Source: Gammaproteobacteria bacterium (GTDB lineage: Bacteria > Pseudomonadota > Gammaproteobacteria > Eutrophobiales > Eutrophobiaceae). Taken from it: a stretch of DNA of 64,000 bases. Positions 37,327 to 47,518 of this stretch are shown piece by piece. A program made the position numbers and the translations under genes. Below the pieces are notes generated by a model, which worked only from the letters and a program-made list of their open reading frames with translations, searched no databases and had not been told where the DNA came from. Every line of letters begins with the position of its first letter. Within the stretch, counting starts at the first letter, position 1. The stretch spans positions 2,784,001 through 2,848,000 of the forward strand of contig OZ244905.1 of NCBI GenBank assembly GCA_965221695.1, given 5' to 3'.

Positions 37327-39138
37327 TTGAATATGATTGATTTGGACTTGTTTCACTTTTTGCGGCCGCAATGGTTCATTGCCCTGGCGCCGCTGGCGTT
37401 GCTGATTTGGTTCATGTTCTTCAGGAAAGGCGCGCAGAGCAACTGGGAAACAGTGGTCGACCCGCGTCTGCTGCCGCACATTCTGGTCCGTGGCGCGGGC
37501 AGACCGCGGCGCACGGCGATCATACTGACCCTGACAGGCGGACTGTTGGGCATTCTGGCGCTGGCAGGCCCGGCCTGGGACAAATTGCCGCAACCGGTAT
37601 TCACCTCTCAGGATGCGCTGGTTATCGCATTGGACCTGACGCGTTCGATGAATGCCAACGATGTGTCCCCGAGCAGGCTGGAGCGGGCGCGCTACAAGAT
37701 CAGCGATATCCTGGATCAGCGCCGGGAAGGACAGACGGCCTTGCTGGTTTATGCCGGGGACGCGTTTACGGTTACACCTCTGACTGATGACGCGGCAACC
37801 ATCAAGTCGCAGTTGAACGCGCTCAGCCCCGGCATTATGCCGGCAACCGGCAACCGCGCCGACAAGGCCATTGACCTGGCGTCGGACCTGCTCAAACAAG
37901 CCGGTATGCGCCGCGGCCATACGCTGCTGATCACCGATGATGCGAACCTGGATGACGCCGGGGACCGCGCGGCAGCGCTGCGCAACGCCGGTTATCGCCT
38001 GTCCGTACTGGGTGTCGGCACGCGCCATGGCGCGCCGGTGTTGCTGCCAGACGGCGGCTTCCTGCAAGACCGAAGCGGCGACATCGTGATCCCCGTTCTC
38101 GATGAACGCGCGTTGCGCGCGCTGGCTGACTCCGGTGGCGGTATTTATGCGCGTGTGAGCAAGGATGATCAAGACATTACGCGCTTGAGCGGGTTCTTCG
38201 CCGCCGCGCGGCCCGGCGGCGAGCAGGCAGACTCCGATATCACTGCCGATGTCTGGCGTGAGCAAGGCCCCTGGCTGGTATTGGGTCTGCTGCCCTTGGG
38301 CGCGCTGCTGTTCCGGCGTGGTATGGTCCTGGCGCTGGCGTTGCTTGTGTTTCCCTCTATTGATCCGGCACAGGCGTTCGACTGGGAGAGTTTGTGGTTG
38401 CGCAAAGACCAGCAGGGACAGCGCGCTATGGTTGACGGAGATTATGCAACCGCCGCCGGTTTGTTCAATGACCCTGCGTGGAAAGCCGCCGCACAACACC
38501 GGAGCGGGAATTACCAGGGCGCCATCGATAGTCTGGAGGCGCTTGACGATACGCTAAGCCATTACAACAGGGGCAACGCGCTGGCCCGACTGGGGCGCTA
38601 CCAGGAGGCCATTGCCGCTTACGACCGGACCCTGGCCGAGCAGCCGGATCACGCCGACGCATTATTCAACAAAGAATTGCTGGAACAAGAGCTGGCGCAG
38701 CAACAGCAACAACCGCAACAGAATCAGGGACAGCAGGACCAGGAAGCGAGCCAACAGACCGGGCAAGAATCCGAAGCGGGGAACGGCGAACAGGATCAGC
38801 AATCGCAACAGGATCAGCAACAGGCCGGGCAGGATCAGCAACAACAGTCCCGGTCTCCTCAGGCAGGAGAAAAGCAGGAGCACGAAGACCGGAGTGAAAC
38901 CCCGCAACCGGAAACAGGTGAGCAGGCGCAACAGCAGCCACAACCTGAACAGGGCCGGCAGGGGAGGGAGCAAACCATGGCCGAGGCCGCGGCGCAGAAG
39001 ACTGCCGAGGAACAGCAGGCCACCGAGCAGTGGTTACGGCGGATACCGGACGACCCATCGGGGCTGCTGCGGAGAAAATTCCGTTATCAGTACCAGCAGC
39101 GCAACTATGAGAACAACGGTGATGAACAGAGTTGGTAA
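37327..39138 (+). CDS. BatB/BatC-like VWA + TPR protein with Q-rich linker
   Basis: DLTRSM, YNRGNALARLGRYQEAIAAY TPR, Gln-rich tract, WLRRIPDDPSGLLRRKF. Confidence 0.92.
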   Translation: MNMIDLDLFHFLRPQWFIALAPLALLIWFMFFRKGAQSNWETVVDPRLLPHILVRGAGRPRRTAIILTLTGGLLGILALAGPAWDKLPQPVFTSQDALVIALDLTRSMNANDVSPSRLERARYKISDILDQRREGQTALLVYAGDAFTVTPLTDDAATIKSQLNALSPGIMPATGNRADKAIDLASDLLKQAGMRRGHTLLITDDANLDDAGDRAAALRNAGYRLSVLGVGTRHGAPVLLPDGGFLQDRSGDIVIPVLDERALRALADSGGGIYARVSKDDQDITRLSGFFAAARPGGEQADSDITADVWREQGPWLVLGLLPLGALLFRRGMVLALALLVFPSIDPAQAFDWESLWLRKDQQGQRAMVDGDYATAAGLFNDPAWKAAAQHRSGNYQGAIDSLEALDDTLSHYNRGNALARLGRYQEAIAAYDRTLAEQPDHADALFNKELLEQELAQQQQQPQQNQGQQDQEASQQTGQESEAGNGEQDQQSQQDQQQAGQDQQQQSRSPQAGEKQEHEDRSETPQPETGEQAQQQPQPEQGRQGREQTMAEAAAQKTAEEQQATEQWLRRIPDDPSGLLRRKFRYQYQQRNYENNGDEQSW

Positions 39139-40885
39139 AGCAAGCGGTGCAGACAACGCCGGCTCGCAGTTGAAACGCAGCCTCTGCCCGCTGCTACTTC
39201 TTATATTGCCGGTAATCTCCGGGTGGGTGGGCGCGGCAACCATTACCGTCCAAACAGATCGGAACCCGGCCGTGTTGCAGGAATCCTTCCGGCTGATCTT
39301 CGAAGCCAGCGGCGATGTGGACGGCGATCCCGATTTCACCCCACTGGAGAAAGATTTCCAGGTGCTGTCCACAAGTACCAGTACCAGCATGAGTATCGTC
39401 AATACCCGAATCACCCGTACCAAGCAGTGGCAACTGACCCTGATGCCGCGAACCGCCGGCAACCTGGTCATCCCCGCGATCGCTTTCGGCAAGGATGAAA
39501 GCCCGCAGACTTCGCTGACGGTCATACAGGCGGGCGCCGGCGCGGCAGGTCAGGACGCGCCGGATATATTCATAAAGGTAGAGGCAGTTCCCGCTTCGGT
39601 TTACGTCCAATCGCAAGTGATTTATACGCTAAAGCTGTATCGCGCCGTCGCCACGTCCAATGATACCTTATCCGAACCTGTGTTCAGCCGGGGTAGCGCG
39701 ATCATTGAACTGCTGGATGCGGGCCGGAGTTATGATACGTTTGTTGAAGGCAGGCGTTACCGCGTATTTCAAAGAAGCTTCGCAATCTATCCGCAGGTCA
39801 GCGGCAACCTGCTGATCGAACCTCTGCGCTTTCAGGGACAATTGGCGCCTGCTTCGCAGTTCAGTCTCGACCCCTTCGGCGCCGGAGCAAGGACGCTGGT
39901 AAGGCAATCGGAAGCTGTCGAGTTGCAGGTCAAGCCAGTCCCAACCACTTATCAGGCCAGGCACTGGTTGCCTGCGACTGACGTGAAAATCACCGAGAAG
40001 TGGTCAAAAAACCCGCTTGAGTTGTTGTCCAATGAACCGGCAACCCGCACTTTGACGTTGACTGCGCAGGGATTGACCGGAAGCCAGTTGCCGGAGCTCC
40101 GGGATCTGCTGCCTGACAGTTTCAGACAATATCCCGACCAGCCGGCGCTGGATAATTGGAGGACGGCCGCTGGCATGACAGGGGTAAGGGTACAGAAAAA
40201 TGCGATCATTCCGGGGCAGCCGGGCGAATACATGCTGCCGGAACTCTCGCTGCCATGGTGGAACACGGCGACGCAGACGCTGGAATATGCGGTACTGCCG
40301 GAACGGCGCGTGCGGGTCGCGGCAGCCGCTCCCGATGCCGCTCTGGACATGCCGGAATTGCCTGCTCCGGATATCGGCGCGCAGGTACCAGGGCAGGCGG
40401 CGCCGGAATCGGAAACATCCGGCGCTGATGCAACGGACGCCTCTCCCGGCATATCGACCTGGCAATGGCTTGCCGGCATCCTGGGTATTGGCTGGCTGGT
40501 TACCGTTGGTTATTTTCTGCAAGACCGCAGGCGCGCGCGGGCAGCGAATCCCCGGCCGCACACAGAGCATCTCAGAACCGCGCGCAAAGCCCTCAAACAG
40601 GCCTGCCGGGATAATGATCCGCAACAGGCAAAAACAGCGCTGCTGAACTGGGCGAGCGCGCGCCCGCACGGGCCGCCAGCCGCGAGCCTGGGCGAGCTCG
40701 AGCGGCAAAGCGGCGGCAGCTTGGCAACTGAAATACGCGCTCTGTCGCGCCGGTTGTATTCCCGCGATGCTGAGGAGCGCTGGCGCGGCGAATCGCTGTG
40801 GCAGGCATTCCTGGACGAAGAAAAGTCGACCGTTGCCGAAACGGCCCCGGAGCGCGGTAAGCTGGAACCGTTGTTCAGGTTATAG
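39122..40885 (+). CDS. BatD family protein
   Basis: PDFTPLEKDF, YVQSQVIY, WLPA, QYPDQP, LPWWNT and LEPL; start uncertain (39107 or 39122). Confidence 0.88.
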   Translation: MNRVGKASGADNAGSQLKRSLCPLLLLILPVISGWVGAATITVQTDRNPAVLQESFRLIFEASGDVDGDPDFTPLEKDFQVLSTSTSTSMSIVNTRITRTKQWQLTLMPRTAGNLVIPAIAFGKDESPQTSLTVIQAGAGAAGQDAPDIFIKVEAVPASVYVQSQVIYTLKLYRAVATSNDTLSEPVFSRGSAIIELLDAGRSYDTFVEGRRYRVFQRSFAIYPQVSGNLLIEPLRFQGQLAPASQFSLDPFGAGARTLVRQSEAVELQVKPVPTTYQARHWLPATDVKITEKWSKNPLELLSNEPATRTLTLTAQGLTGSQLPELRDLLPDSFRQYPDQPALDNWRTAAGMTGVRVQKNAIIPGQPGEYMLPELSLPWWNTATQTLEYAVLPERRVRVAAAAPDAALDMPELPAPDIGAQVPGQAAPESETSGADATDASPGISTWQWLAGILGIGWLVTVGYFLQDRRRARAANPRPHTEHLRTARKALKQACRDNDPQQAKTALLNWASARPHGPPAASLGELERQSGGSLATEIRALSRRLYSRDAEERWRGESLWQAFLDEEKSTVAETAPERGKLEPLFRL

Positions 40886-41680
40886 CTTGACGAACTTCAT
40901 GGTCATCCGGTCACTTTCGCCGATGGCGGCATACTTCTCCCTGTCTTCGTCGCCCAGACGATAGGTCGGCGGCAAGGTCCAGACGCCTTCGGGATGGTCT
41001 TTGGTGTCCTTCGGGTTGGCGTTGATCTCTGATTTATCAACCAGTTCGAAACCGGTGTCTTCCAGCAGCCGGATCAGGTAACTTTCCGGCACGTAGCCGC
41101 GTTCGGCGGTTTCTTTTGCATCACTCCCGGCCTCGGCGCGGTGCTGCACTACTCCCAGGATGCCGCCGGGCTTCAATACCCGGTACAGCGCCTGGTACAC
41201 GTCCTCGACCCCACCAAACCGGATCCAGTTATGGGTGTTGCGGAACGTAAGCGCCATATCGAAACTTTCATCCTCGAAGTCCGCCAGATACCCGTTTCCA
41301 TTGAACACCCCGACCACCACTTTCCCATAGATGTCCGGCTGCTGTTCAAACTTTTCGATCATACCGTTGTGCAGGTTGCGCAGGAATTCGACCGAATGTT
41401 CAGGGCCGAAGCTGGCGACCGCGAGCAAACCATCATCCTTGAGGTAAGGCGCCAGTATCTCCGTATACCAGCCGGCGCCGGGCAGGATTTCCAGCGCCTG
41501 CGTATCCGGTTTGATACCAAAGAATGTCAGCGTGTCATAGGGATGACGATAAACGTCCCGAGCGACATTTTTTGCATCCCTATGTTCCGAGGCGAGCGCT
41601 TTCTCCAGCAGGTCGCCCTCTTGTTCGGCACAACCCGGAAGCGCCAGCGATAATATTAATAACAGGACTGGAATGCGCAT
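40880..41680 (-). CDS. Predicted SAM-dependent methyltransferase (COG4798-like) lipoprotein
   Basis: Lipobox LPGC, RDVYRHPYDTLTFFG, EILPGAGWYTEILAP, FRNTHNW and ALYRVLKPGG. Confidence 0.85.
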   Translation of the reverse strand: MRIPVLLLILSLALPGCAEQEGDLLEKALASEHRDAKNVARDVYRHPYDTLTFFGIKPDTQALEILPGAGWYTEILAPYLKDDGLLAVASFGPEHSVEFLRNLHNGMIEKFEQQPDIYGKVVVGVFNGNGYLADFEDESFDMALTFRNTHNWIRFGGVEDVYQALYRVLKPGGILGVVQHRAEAGSDAKETAERGYVPESYLIRLLEDTGFELVDKSEINANPKDTKDHPEGVWTLPPTYRLGDEDREKYAAIGESDRMTMKFVKL

Positions 41681-41757
41681 GGTGTGTTCTCCTTGGAGTG
41701 TCATGAACGGTATTGCATCAGCATAACATGCTCCGTCATTATAGAAAATGGGAATTG

Positions 41758-43200
41758 TTATATGACGTCGCGAAACGTCCGCGAGGTTTTTTTAATCAGC
41801 TCCCAGGCCTGTTCCACATGTTCCAGTTCGGTGTTGGACTGGCCGATGCAGATACGTAGCGCGAAGCGATCATTCAGCCTGGTGTGAGTGAGGAAAATTT
41901 TGCCGCTCTCGTTGAGTTCATCCATGATGCGCTTGTTAAGCTCGTCGCTGCCCCGGTGTCGGAAACAGATCAGGTTGAACGGCGCCGGCGCAACAATTTC
42001 AAAATCGGAGTCTGCTTCGATCCACCCCGCCAGCTTACGCGTCAGTTCGATATGCCGGCGGATATGGTGTTGCAGCCCCTCCACCCCGTAGTAACGCAGC
42101 ACGAACCAGAGCTTGAGCGCGCGGAAGCGGCGACCCAGCGGCACCTGCCAGTCCCGGTAATCGAACACCGCACCGCTGGTCGTCGCCTCGTTCAGCAGGT
42201 ACTCCGGCAGGATCGACAACGCGTTGATCAAGGCAGCCCGGTCGGCCACCCAGAAACACGAGCAATCGAAGTTGGTGAACATCCATTTATGCGGATTAAA
42301 GCTGTAGCTGTCGGTGTGCTCGATACCGTCATGCAGGTAATGGTATTCAGGGCAGATGACCGCCGTGCCGGACATCGCCGCGTCCACATGGAACCATAAG
42401 CCTTCGTCCGCGCAAATCCTGCCGATCTCCGCGATCGGGTCAAGCGCATTGGATGAGGTGGTGCCCAGGGTGGCGCAGGCGAATATGGGCCGCAGTCCGG
42501 CAGCCTTGTCGGCCTTGATTTGCTGTGCCAGCCTGCCCGCGTCCAGGGCAAAGTGCGCATCTGTTTCAATCTGCCGCAGGTTGGCGCGCCCCAGGCCGGC
42601 GATACCCATGGCCTTCTCCAGAGAGGAATGGGTCTGGGTTGAGCAATATGCAATCTGTTTACCGTCGCAGCCCTCGCGGTTGGTACGCAGCCCGGAGTCC
42701 CGCTCGCGCGCGGCCAGCAATGCGCACAGGATCGCGCTGGAGGCAGTGTCCTGGATTACGCCGCCGCCCGCGGCCGTTGAACGGTACTTGTCAGGCAGTC
42801 CCAACAGGTCTGCCAACCAGTCCAGCACCCGGGTCTCAAGCTCGGTGCAGGCGGGGCTTGTTGACCATAACATGCCTTGCACGCCGAGTCCGGAAGACAG
42901 CAGGTCGCCCAGGATCGCCGGTCCCGAGGTATTGGCTGGAAAATACGCATAAAAGTGGGGGGATTGCCAATGGGTGACACCGGGCAGGATTTTATCCTCC
43001 ACATCCCGCAGGATTGCTGCGAACTCTTCGCCTTGTGCCGGCGCCGCGGCCGGGAGCGACTCTTCGATCTTGCCTGGCTGCACTCGTGACAACACCGGGT
43101 AGCGGTCCACTTTTTCGTAGTAATCGGCTATCCAGTCGATCATCTCCTTGCCGTGACGGCGGAAGTCCTCGACGGACATATGGTAACTGGATTTACTCAT
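41758..43200 (-). CDS. Aromatic-L-amino-acid (DOPA/tyrosine) decarboxylase
   Basis: [28 protein letters not shown] (PLP Lys) and [11 protein letters not shown]; 8-bp overlap with ilvD. Confidence 0.93.
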   Translation of the reverse strand: MSKSSYHMSVEDFRRHGKEMIDWIADYYEKVDRYPVLSRVQPGKIEESLPAAAPAQGEEFAAILRDVEDKILPGVTHWQSPHFYAYFPANTSGPAILGDLLSSGLGVQGMLWSTSPACTELETRVLDWLADLLGLPDKYRSTAAGGGVIQDTASSAILCALLAARERDSGLRTNREGCDGKQIAYCSTQTHSSLEKAMGIAGLGRANLRQIETDAHFALDAGRLAQQIKADKAAGLRPIFACATLGTTSSNALDPIAEIGRICADEGLWFHVDAAMSGTAVICPEYHYLHDGIEHTDSYSFNPHKWMFTNFDCSCFWVADRAALINALSILPEYLLNEATTSGAVFDYRDWQVPLGRRFRALKLWFVLRYYGVEGLQHHIRRHIELTRKLAGWIEADSDFEIVAPAPFNLICFRHRGSDELNKRIMDELNESGKIFLTHTRLNDRFALRICIGQSNTELEHVEQAWELIKKTSRTFRDVI

Positions 43201-44872
43201 CGGTAACGCAACCAAGCGAGGCGGACTTTACACTGCGGATATACTTGTATAAAGCGCCGCGTTTCGTCTTGTACTCGGGCATAACCCATTCCGCCTTGCG
43301 CTGTGCCAGCTCCTCGTTGCTCAGGTCCACGCTTATCTGGTTGGTCTTGGCGTTGATGGTAACCATATCCCCGTTCTTGATCAGCGCAAGAGGCCCGCCC
43401 TCCTGGGCCTCCGGCACCACGTGGCCGATGATAAACCCGTGTGACCCGCCGGAAAAACGGCCGTCGGTGATCATCGCAACATCATTTCCCAGACCGGCGC
43501 CCATGATGGCGGAGGTCGGGGTCAGCATTTCCGGCATGCCGGGCCCTCCCTTCGGACCTTCGTAACGGATAACGACGGCATCGCCTTTGCCGATTTGATC
43601 CTGTTCCAACGCAGCCAGCATATCTTCTTCCGAGTCGAATACTTTGGCGGGCCCGCTGAAGAGTTCGCCTTCCTTGCCGGTGATCTTGGCCACCGCGCCC
43701 CCGGGGGCCAGGTTGCCTCGAAGGATGCGGATATGGCCGGTGCGCTTGAAAGGCTTGTCCAGCGGCCGTATCACGTCCTGCCCCGCGTCCAGCGGCGGCA
43801 GTCCGGCCAGGTTTTCAGCAATAGTTTTTCCGGTAACCGTCATGCAACTCCCGTCGATCAGGTCGTGCTCCAGCAGGTATTTCATGACCCCCGGTACGCC
43901 GCCGACCTTGTGCAGGTCCTCCATCACGTAGCGGCCGCTGGGTTTGAGGTCCGCCAGGTATGGTGTGCGGTCGCTGACGGCCTGGAATGCGTCGATATCC
44001 AGTGTTACGTCGACGGACCGGGCCATCGCAATCAGGTGCAACACCGCGTTGGTTGAACCGCCGAGCGCCGTGACCACAACCATCGCGTTCTCGAACGCGG
44101 CGCGGGTCATGATGTCGCGCGGTTTAAGGTTCAGTTCCAGCAGATGTTTTATCGCCGCGCCGGCCTGCAGGCATTCTTCCAGCTTCTGCGGGTCAACCGC
44201 GGGCGTGGAAGAACTGTACGGTAACGACATTCCCAGCGCCTCGATTGCAGAGGCCATGGTATTGGCGGTGTACATGCCGCCGCAGGCGCCTGGTCCGGGA
44301 CAGGCGGAGCGTACTATCGCGCTGCGGTTACTGTCGTCAATGCGCCCGGAGATGAATTCGCCGTAGCTTTGGAACGCGGAAATGATATCCACTTTATTGC
44401 CGTCGTGGTAGCCGGGCTTGATGGTGCCGCCGTAGATCATCAGCGCAGGACGATTAAGTCGGCCCATGGCCATGATGCAGCCGGGCATGTTCTTATCGCA
44501 ACCCGGGATGGAGATGTTGGCGTCGTACCACTGGGCGCTCATCATGGTTTCGATGGAATCTGCGATCAGGTCCCGCGACTGCAGCGAAAAACTCATGCCT
44601 TCCGTGCCCATCGAAATCGCATCGCTGACGCCGACTGTATTGAAGCGCATCCCCACCAGGTCCTGGGCATCCACGCCCTGCTTGGCCTTGGCCGCGAGGT
44701 CGAGCAAGTGCATATTACAGGTATTGCCCTCAAACCAGACACTGGCAATGCCTACCTGGGCCTTGGCCATGTCTTTTTCTGTCATACCGGTGCCGTACAA
44801 CATGGCCTGTGACGCGCCCTGGGATTTTTCTTGAGTTACCCTTGCGCTGTAACGATTCAATGGTTCAGACAT
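43193..44872 (-). CDS. ilvD: Dihydroxy-acid dehydratase
   Basis: [35 protein letters not shown] and ITDGRFSGG. Confidence 0.96.
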   Translation of the reverse strand: MSEPLNRYSARVTQEKSQGASQAMLYGTGMTEKDMAKAQVGIASVWFEGNTCNMHLLDLAAKAKQGVDAQDLVGMRFNTVGVSDAISMGTEGMSFSLQSRDLIADSIETMMSAQWYDANISIPGCDKNMPGCIMAMGRLNRPALMIYGGTIKPGYHDGNKVDIISAFQSYGEFISGRIDDSNRSAIVRSACPGPGACGGMYTANTMASAIEALGMSLPYSSSTPAVDPQKLEECLQAGAAIKHLLELNLKPRDIMTRAAFENAMVVVTALGGSTNAVLHLIAMARSVDVTLDIDAFQAVSDRTPYLADLKPSGRYVMEDLHKVGGVPGVMKYLLEHDLIDGSCMTVTGKTIAENLAGLPPLDAGQDVIRPLDKPFKRTGHIRILRGNLAPGGAVAKITGKEGELFSGPAKVFDSEEDMLAALEQDQIGKGDAVVIRYEGPKGGPGMPEMLTPTSAIMGAGLGNDVAMITDGRFSGGSHGFIIGHVVPEAQEGGPLALIKNGDMVTINAKTNQISVDLSNEELAQRKAEWVMPEYKTKRGALYKYIRSVKSASLGCVTDE

Positions 44873-44928
44873 AATGCTATTCCTGTATGTGTGTTGATGC
44901 TGTAGTTATTCTATGGTTTCGGTTTAGG

Positions 44929-44956
44929 GTGAACGGGAAAAGTGAACGGGAAAAGT
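44929..44956. repeat. Perfect 13-bp tandem duplication in the ilvD/argE divergent promoter region
   Basis: GTGAACGGGAAAA twice, followed by GT. Confidence 0.8.
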
Positions 44957-44996
44957 CTATTAAATTATATTTATCTGCGTTACTCTGCACCCTATT

Positions 44997-46145
44997 ATGA
45001 TAACACTCCCTGCATTCAAAGAGTCCTTTGCCGCGCTGGTGGCGGCGCCGACAGTCAGCAGCATCGACCCGGCTTATGATCAAAGCAACGCGCCGGCAGT
45101 GGATTTGCTTGCGAACTGGTTTGCCGACCTGGGCTTTCGCATTGAGATCATGCCGGTTGACAAGGCTGCCGGCAAGGTCAACCTGATCGCCAGCCTGGGC
45201 AGCGGAAGTGGCGGCCTGGTGTTGTCCGGGCATACCGACACGGTGCCGTTTACGGAAGCGGCATGGCATCAGGACCCGTTCCGGCTGACGGAAAAGGACG
45301 GGCGGTATTATGGTTTGGGTGTGACGGATATGAAATGTTTTTTCCCCATCATCATGCAGGCGCTGCAAGCGCTGGACCTGAAAAAGATCAAGCGGCCGCT
45401 GCTGCTGCTGGCTACCTGCGATGAAGAAAGTACGATGGCCGGCGCCAGGGCGCTGGTGGATATGGACCGGGGCTTTGGCCGCTACGCGCTGATCGGCGAG
45501 CCAACAGGTTTACAGCCGATCAACATGCACAAGGGCGGGTTTACCGAGGCCATCACTCTGAAAGGCCAGGCCGGACATGCCAGCGACCCGTCCCTGGGCA
45601 ATAATGCGATAGAAGGCATGCATCAGGTCATCGCCGCCCTGTTTTCCTGGCGAGAGCGCTTGCAAGACGCGTATGTTAACGACCGTTTCAATGTGGCGAC
45701 ACCGACGCTGAATTTTGGCGTCATTCGAGGTGGCGACAATCCCAACCGCATCTGCGCCGAATGTGAGCTGAAGGTGGATATCAGGATATTGCCGGGCATG
45801 AGCATTGATGACATGCGCAAGCGGCTGCGCCTAACAGTCACCGATGCGGTCGCGGACAGCGGCCTTGGATTGGCGTTCGGGCGCAGCTTTGCCGGCATAG
45901 CGCCGTTTCAGACCGACCCCGACAGCGAGATTGTCAAGGTTGCGGAAAAACTCACCGGCCATGCCGCCGGGTCAGTCAATTTCGGTACGGAAGGGCCATT
46001 TCTGAATTCCCTGGGGATGGACACCGTGGTGCTGGGTCCGGGGGATATCGACCAGGCGCACCAGGCGAATGAGTATATAGAGCAAAGCCGCATCCCGGTA
46101 ATGCAGCGTGTGCTGCAACAGGTGATTACGCATTTCTGTATGTAA
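44997..46145 (+). CDS. argE: Acetylornithine deacetylase
   Basis: LSGHTDTVP, GLGVTDMK, TCDEES, IGEPT and GPGDIDQAHQANEY. Confidence 0.95.
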   Translation: MITLPAFKESFAALVAAPTVSSIDPAYDQSNAPAVDLLANWFADLGFRIEIMPVDKAAGKVNLIASLGSGSGGLVLSGHTDTVPFTEAAWHQDPFRLTEKDGRYYGLGVTDMKCFFPIIMQALQALDLKKIKRPLLLLATCDEESTMAGARALVDMDRGFGRYALIGEPTGLQPINMHKGGFTEAITLKGQAGHASDPSLGNNAIEGMHQVIAALFSWRERLQDAYVNDRFNVATPTLNFGVIRGGDNPNRICAECELKVDIRILPGMSIDDMRKRLRLTVTDAVADSGLGLAFGRSFAGIAPFQTDPDSEIVKVAEKLTGHAAGSVNFGTEGPFLNSLGMDTVVLGPGDIDQAHQANEYIEQSRIPVMQRVLQQVITHFCM

Positions 46146-46169
46146 CAGTGATGTATGCACAGGGTAATC

Positions 46170-47489
46170 ATGGATAAGGCGCAATTCGTAAACTGGTTTC
46201 GTTCGGCTTCGCCGTACATTCGCATACACCGGGACAAGACTTTTGTTGTGCAGGTGGGCGACCCGGTATTGCGCGGCCCGGGTTTTGTTTCCCTCGCACA
46301 TGATCTGGCGTTGCTCAGCAGCCTGGGTATCCGGTTGGCGCTGGTTTACGGCGCGCGCACCGCGATTGATGCCAGTCTTGCCGGCAGAAAACTGGCCTCC
46401 AACTACCACGATGGAATCCGGATCACCGATACGAACGCGATGGGTGTGGTCAAGGAGGTGGCCGGACGCCTGCTGCTGGAGATACAGGCCAAGCTGTCCA
46501 TGGGTATGGGCAATACGCCCATGTCCAATGCCGCGATCGGGGTGAATACCGGCAATTATGTCACGGCCAAACCGTTGGGAGTAATCGGCGGGGTGGACTA
46601 TCAGCTCACCGGTAAAGTCCGCAGCATTGATACGCAGGCCATGAGCGCCGGGCTGAACGGCGGTGAAATCATCATCCTGCCCCCGCTCGGCTACTCTGTT
46701 ACCGGGGAAGCCTATAACCTGTCCGCCGCCGCGCTCGCCGCGGACGCGGCCGTTGCCTTGCAGGCGGACAAGCTGATCTACCTGGTGGAAGCCGGCGACC
46801 TGTCCTCACTGACGGGCGGGGGCCAGGTCAGCCAGTTGAACCGGGATCAGGCCCGGGCATTGTTGGACCGTTTGGATGACGGTTCGGCTGCCAGCGAATA
46901 TCTGCAACACGCGTTGGAAGCGAGCATCAACGGTGTAGACCGGGTGCACCTGCTCAACCGGGAGGAAGACGGCGCGCTACTCAATGAATTGTTTACCCGC
47001 GACGGTTCGGGCCTGATGATCAGCGCGTCCGCATACGATGAGATGCGTCGGGCCGGTAGCGATGACATTGCGGGCATCCTGGACTTGATCAAACCGCACG
47101 AGCTGCAAGGCGTGTTGGTTACACGTTCCAGGGAAAAACTGGAACTGGAGGTGGATCGTTTTACCATCCTGTTGCGCGATGGGGTCATCATCGGCTGTGT
47201 CGGCCTGTATCCCTACCCCGATGACGGCGTGGCGGAGCTGGCCTGCCTAGTGGCGCATCCGGAGTATCGTGGACGCGGTTTGGGAGACAGCTTGCTTGAC
47301 GCGGCGGTGAAAGAAGCGCAACAGCAGGAGATAAACCGCTTGTTCGTGCTTACCACACAGACAACGCAGTGGTTTGTGGAGCGGGGTTTTACCGAGACCT
47401 CGCTGGAAAGCCTGCCGGTAGAAAAACAGGCGTTGTATAACTACCAGCGTAACGCCAGGATTCTGATCAGAGAGTTAGGGAAACTCTGA
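46170..47489 (+). CDS. argA: Amino-acid N-acetyltransferase
   Basis: FVNWFRSASPYI, ELFTRDGSG, GNAT domain AELACLVAHP and LYNYQRN; alternative start at 46155. Confidence 0.95.
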   Translation: MDKAQFVNWFRSASPYIRIHRDKTFVVQVGDPVLRGPGFVSLAHDLALLSSLGIRLALVYGARTAIDASLAGRKLASNYHDGIRITDTNAMGVVKEVAGRLLLEIQAKLSMGMGNTPMSNAAIGVNTGNYVTAKPLGVIGGVDYQLTGKVRSIDTQAMSAGLNGGEIIILPPLGYSVTGEAYNLSAAALAADAAVALQADKLIYLVEAGDLSSLTGGGQVSQLNRDQARALLDRLDDGSAASEYLQHALEASINGVDRVHLLNREEDGALLNELFTRDGSGLMISASAYDEMRRAGSDDIAGILDLIKPHELQGVLVTRSREKLELEVDRFTILLRDGVIIGCVGLYPYPDDGVAELACLVAHPEYRGRGLGDSLLDAAVKEAQQQEINRLFVLTTQTTQWFVERGFTETSLESLPVEKQALYNYQRNARILIRELGKL

Positions 47490-47513
47490 ACAAGTCCATC
47501 CTGGACTTGTCAG
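47479..47513. repeat. IS5-like MITE end overlapping the argA stop codon
   Basis: TTAG|GGAAACTCTGAACAAGTCCATCCTGGACTTGTCAG, near-identical to the reverse complement of 1304-1338. Confidence 0.8.
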
Positions 47514-47518
47514 TCGCT

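Noticed and set aside
36901-38499. 532-aa minus-strand ORF
   Set aside because: Antisense to the batA/batB genes; no recognisable domain
38698-39020. CAG/CAA-rich low-complexity tract
   Set aside because: Ordinary Gln-rich linker of BatB/C-type proteins
33813-40885. MoxR-DUF58-VWA-TPR-BatD operon as a novel system
   Set aside because: Widespread, already described Bat-type operon
44957-44980. ArgR box upstream of argE
   Set aside because: AT-rich but lacks the TGAAT-N4-ATTCA pattern
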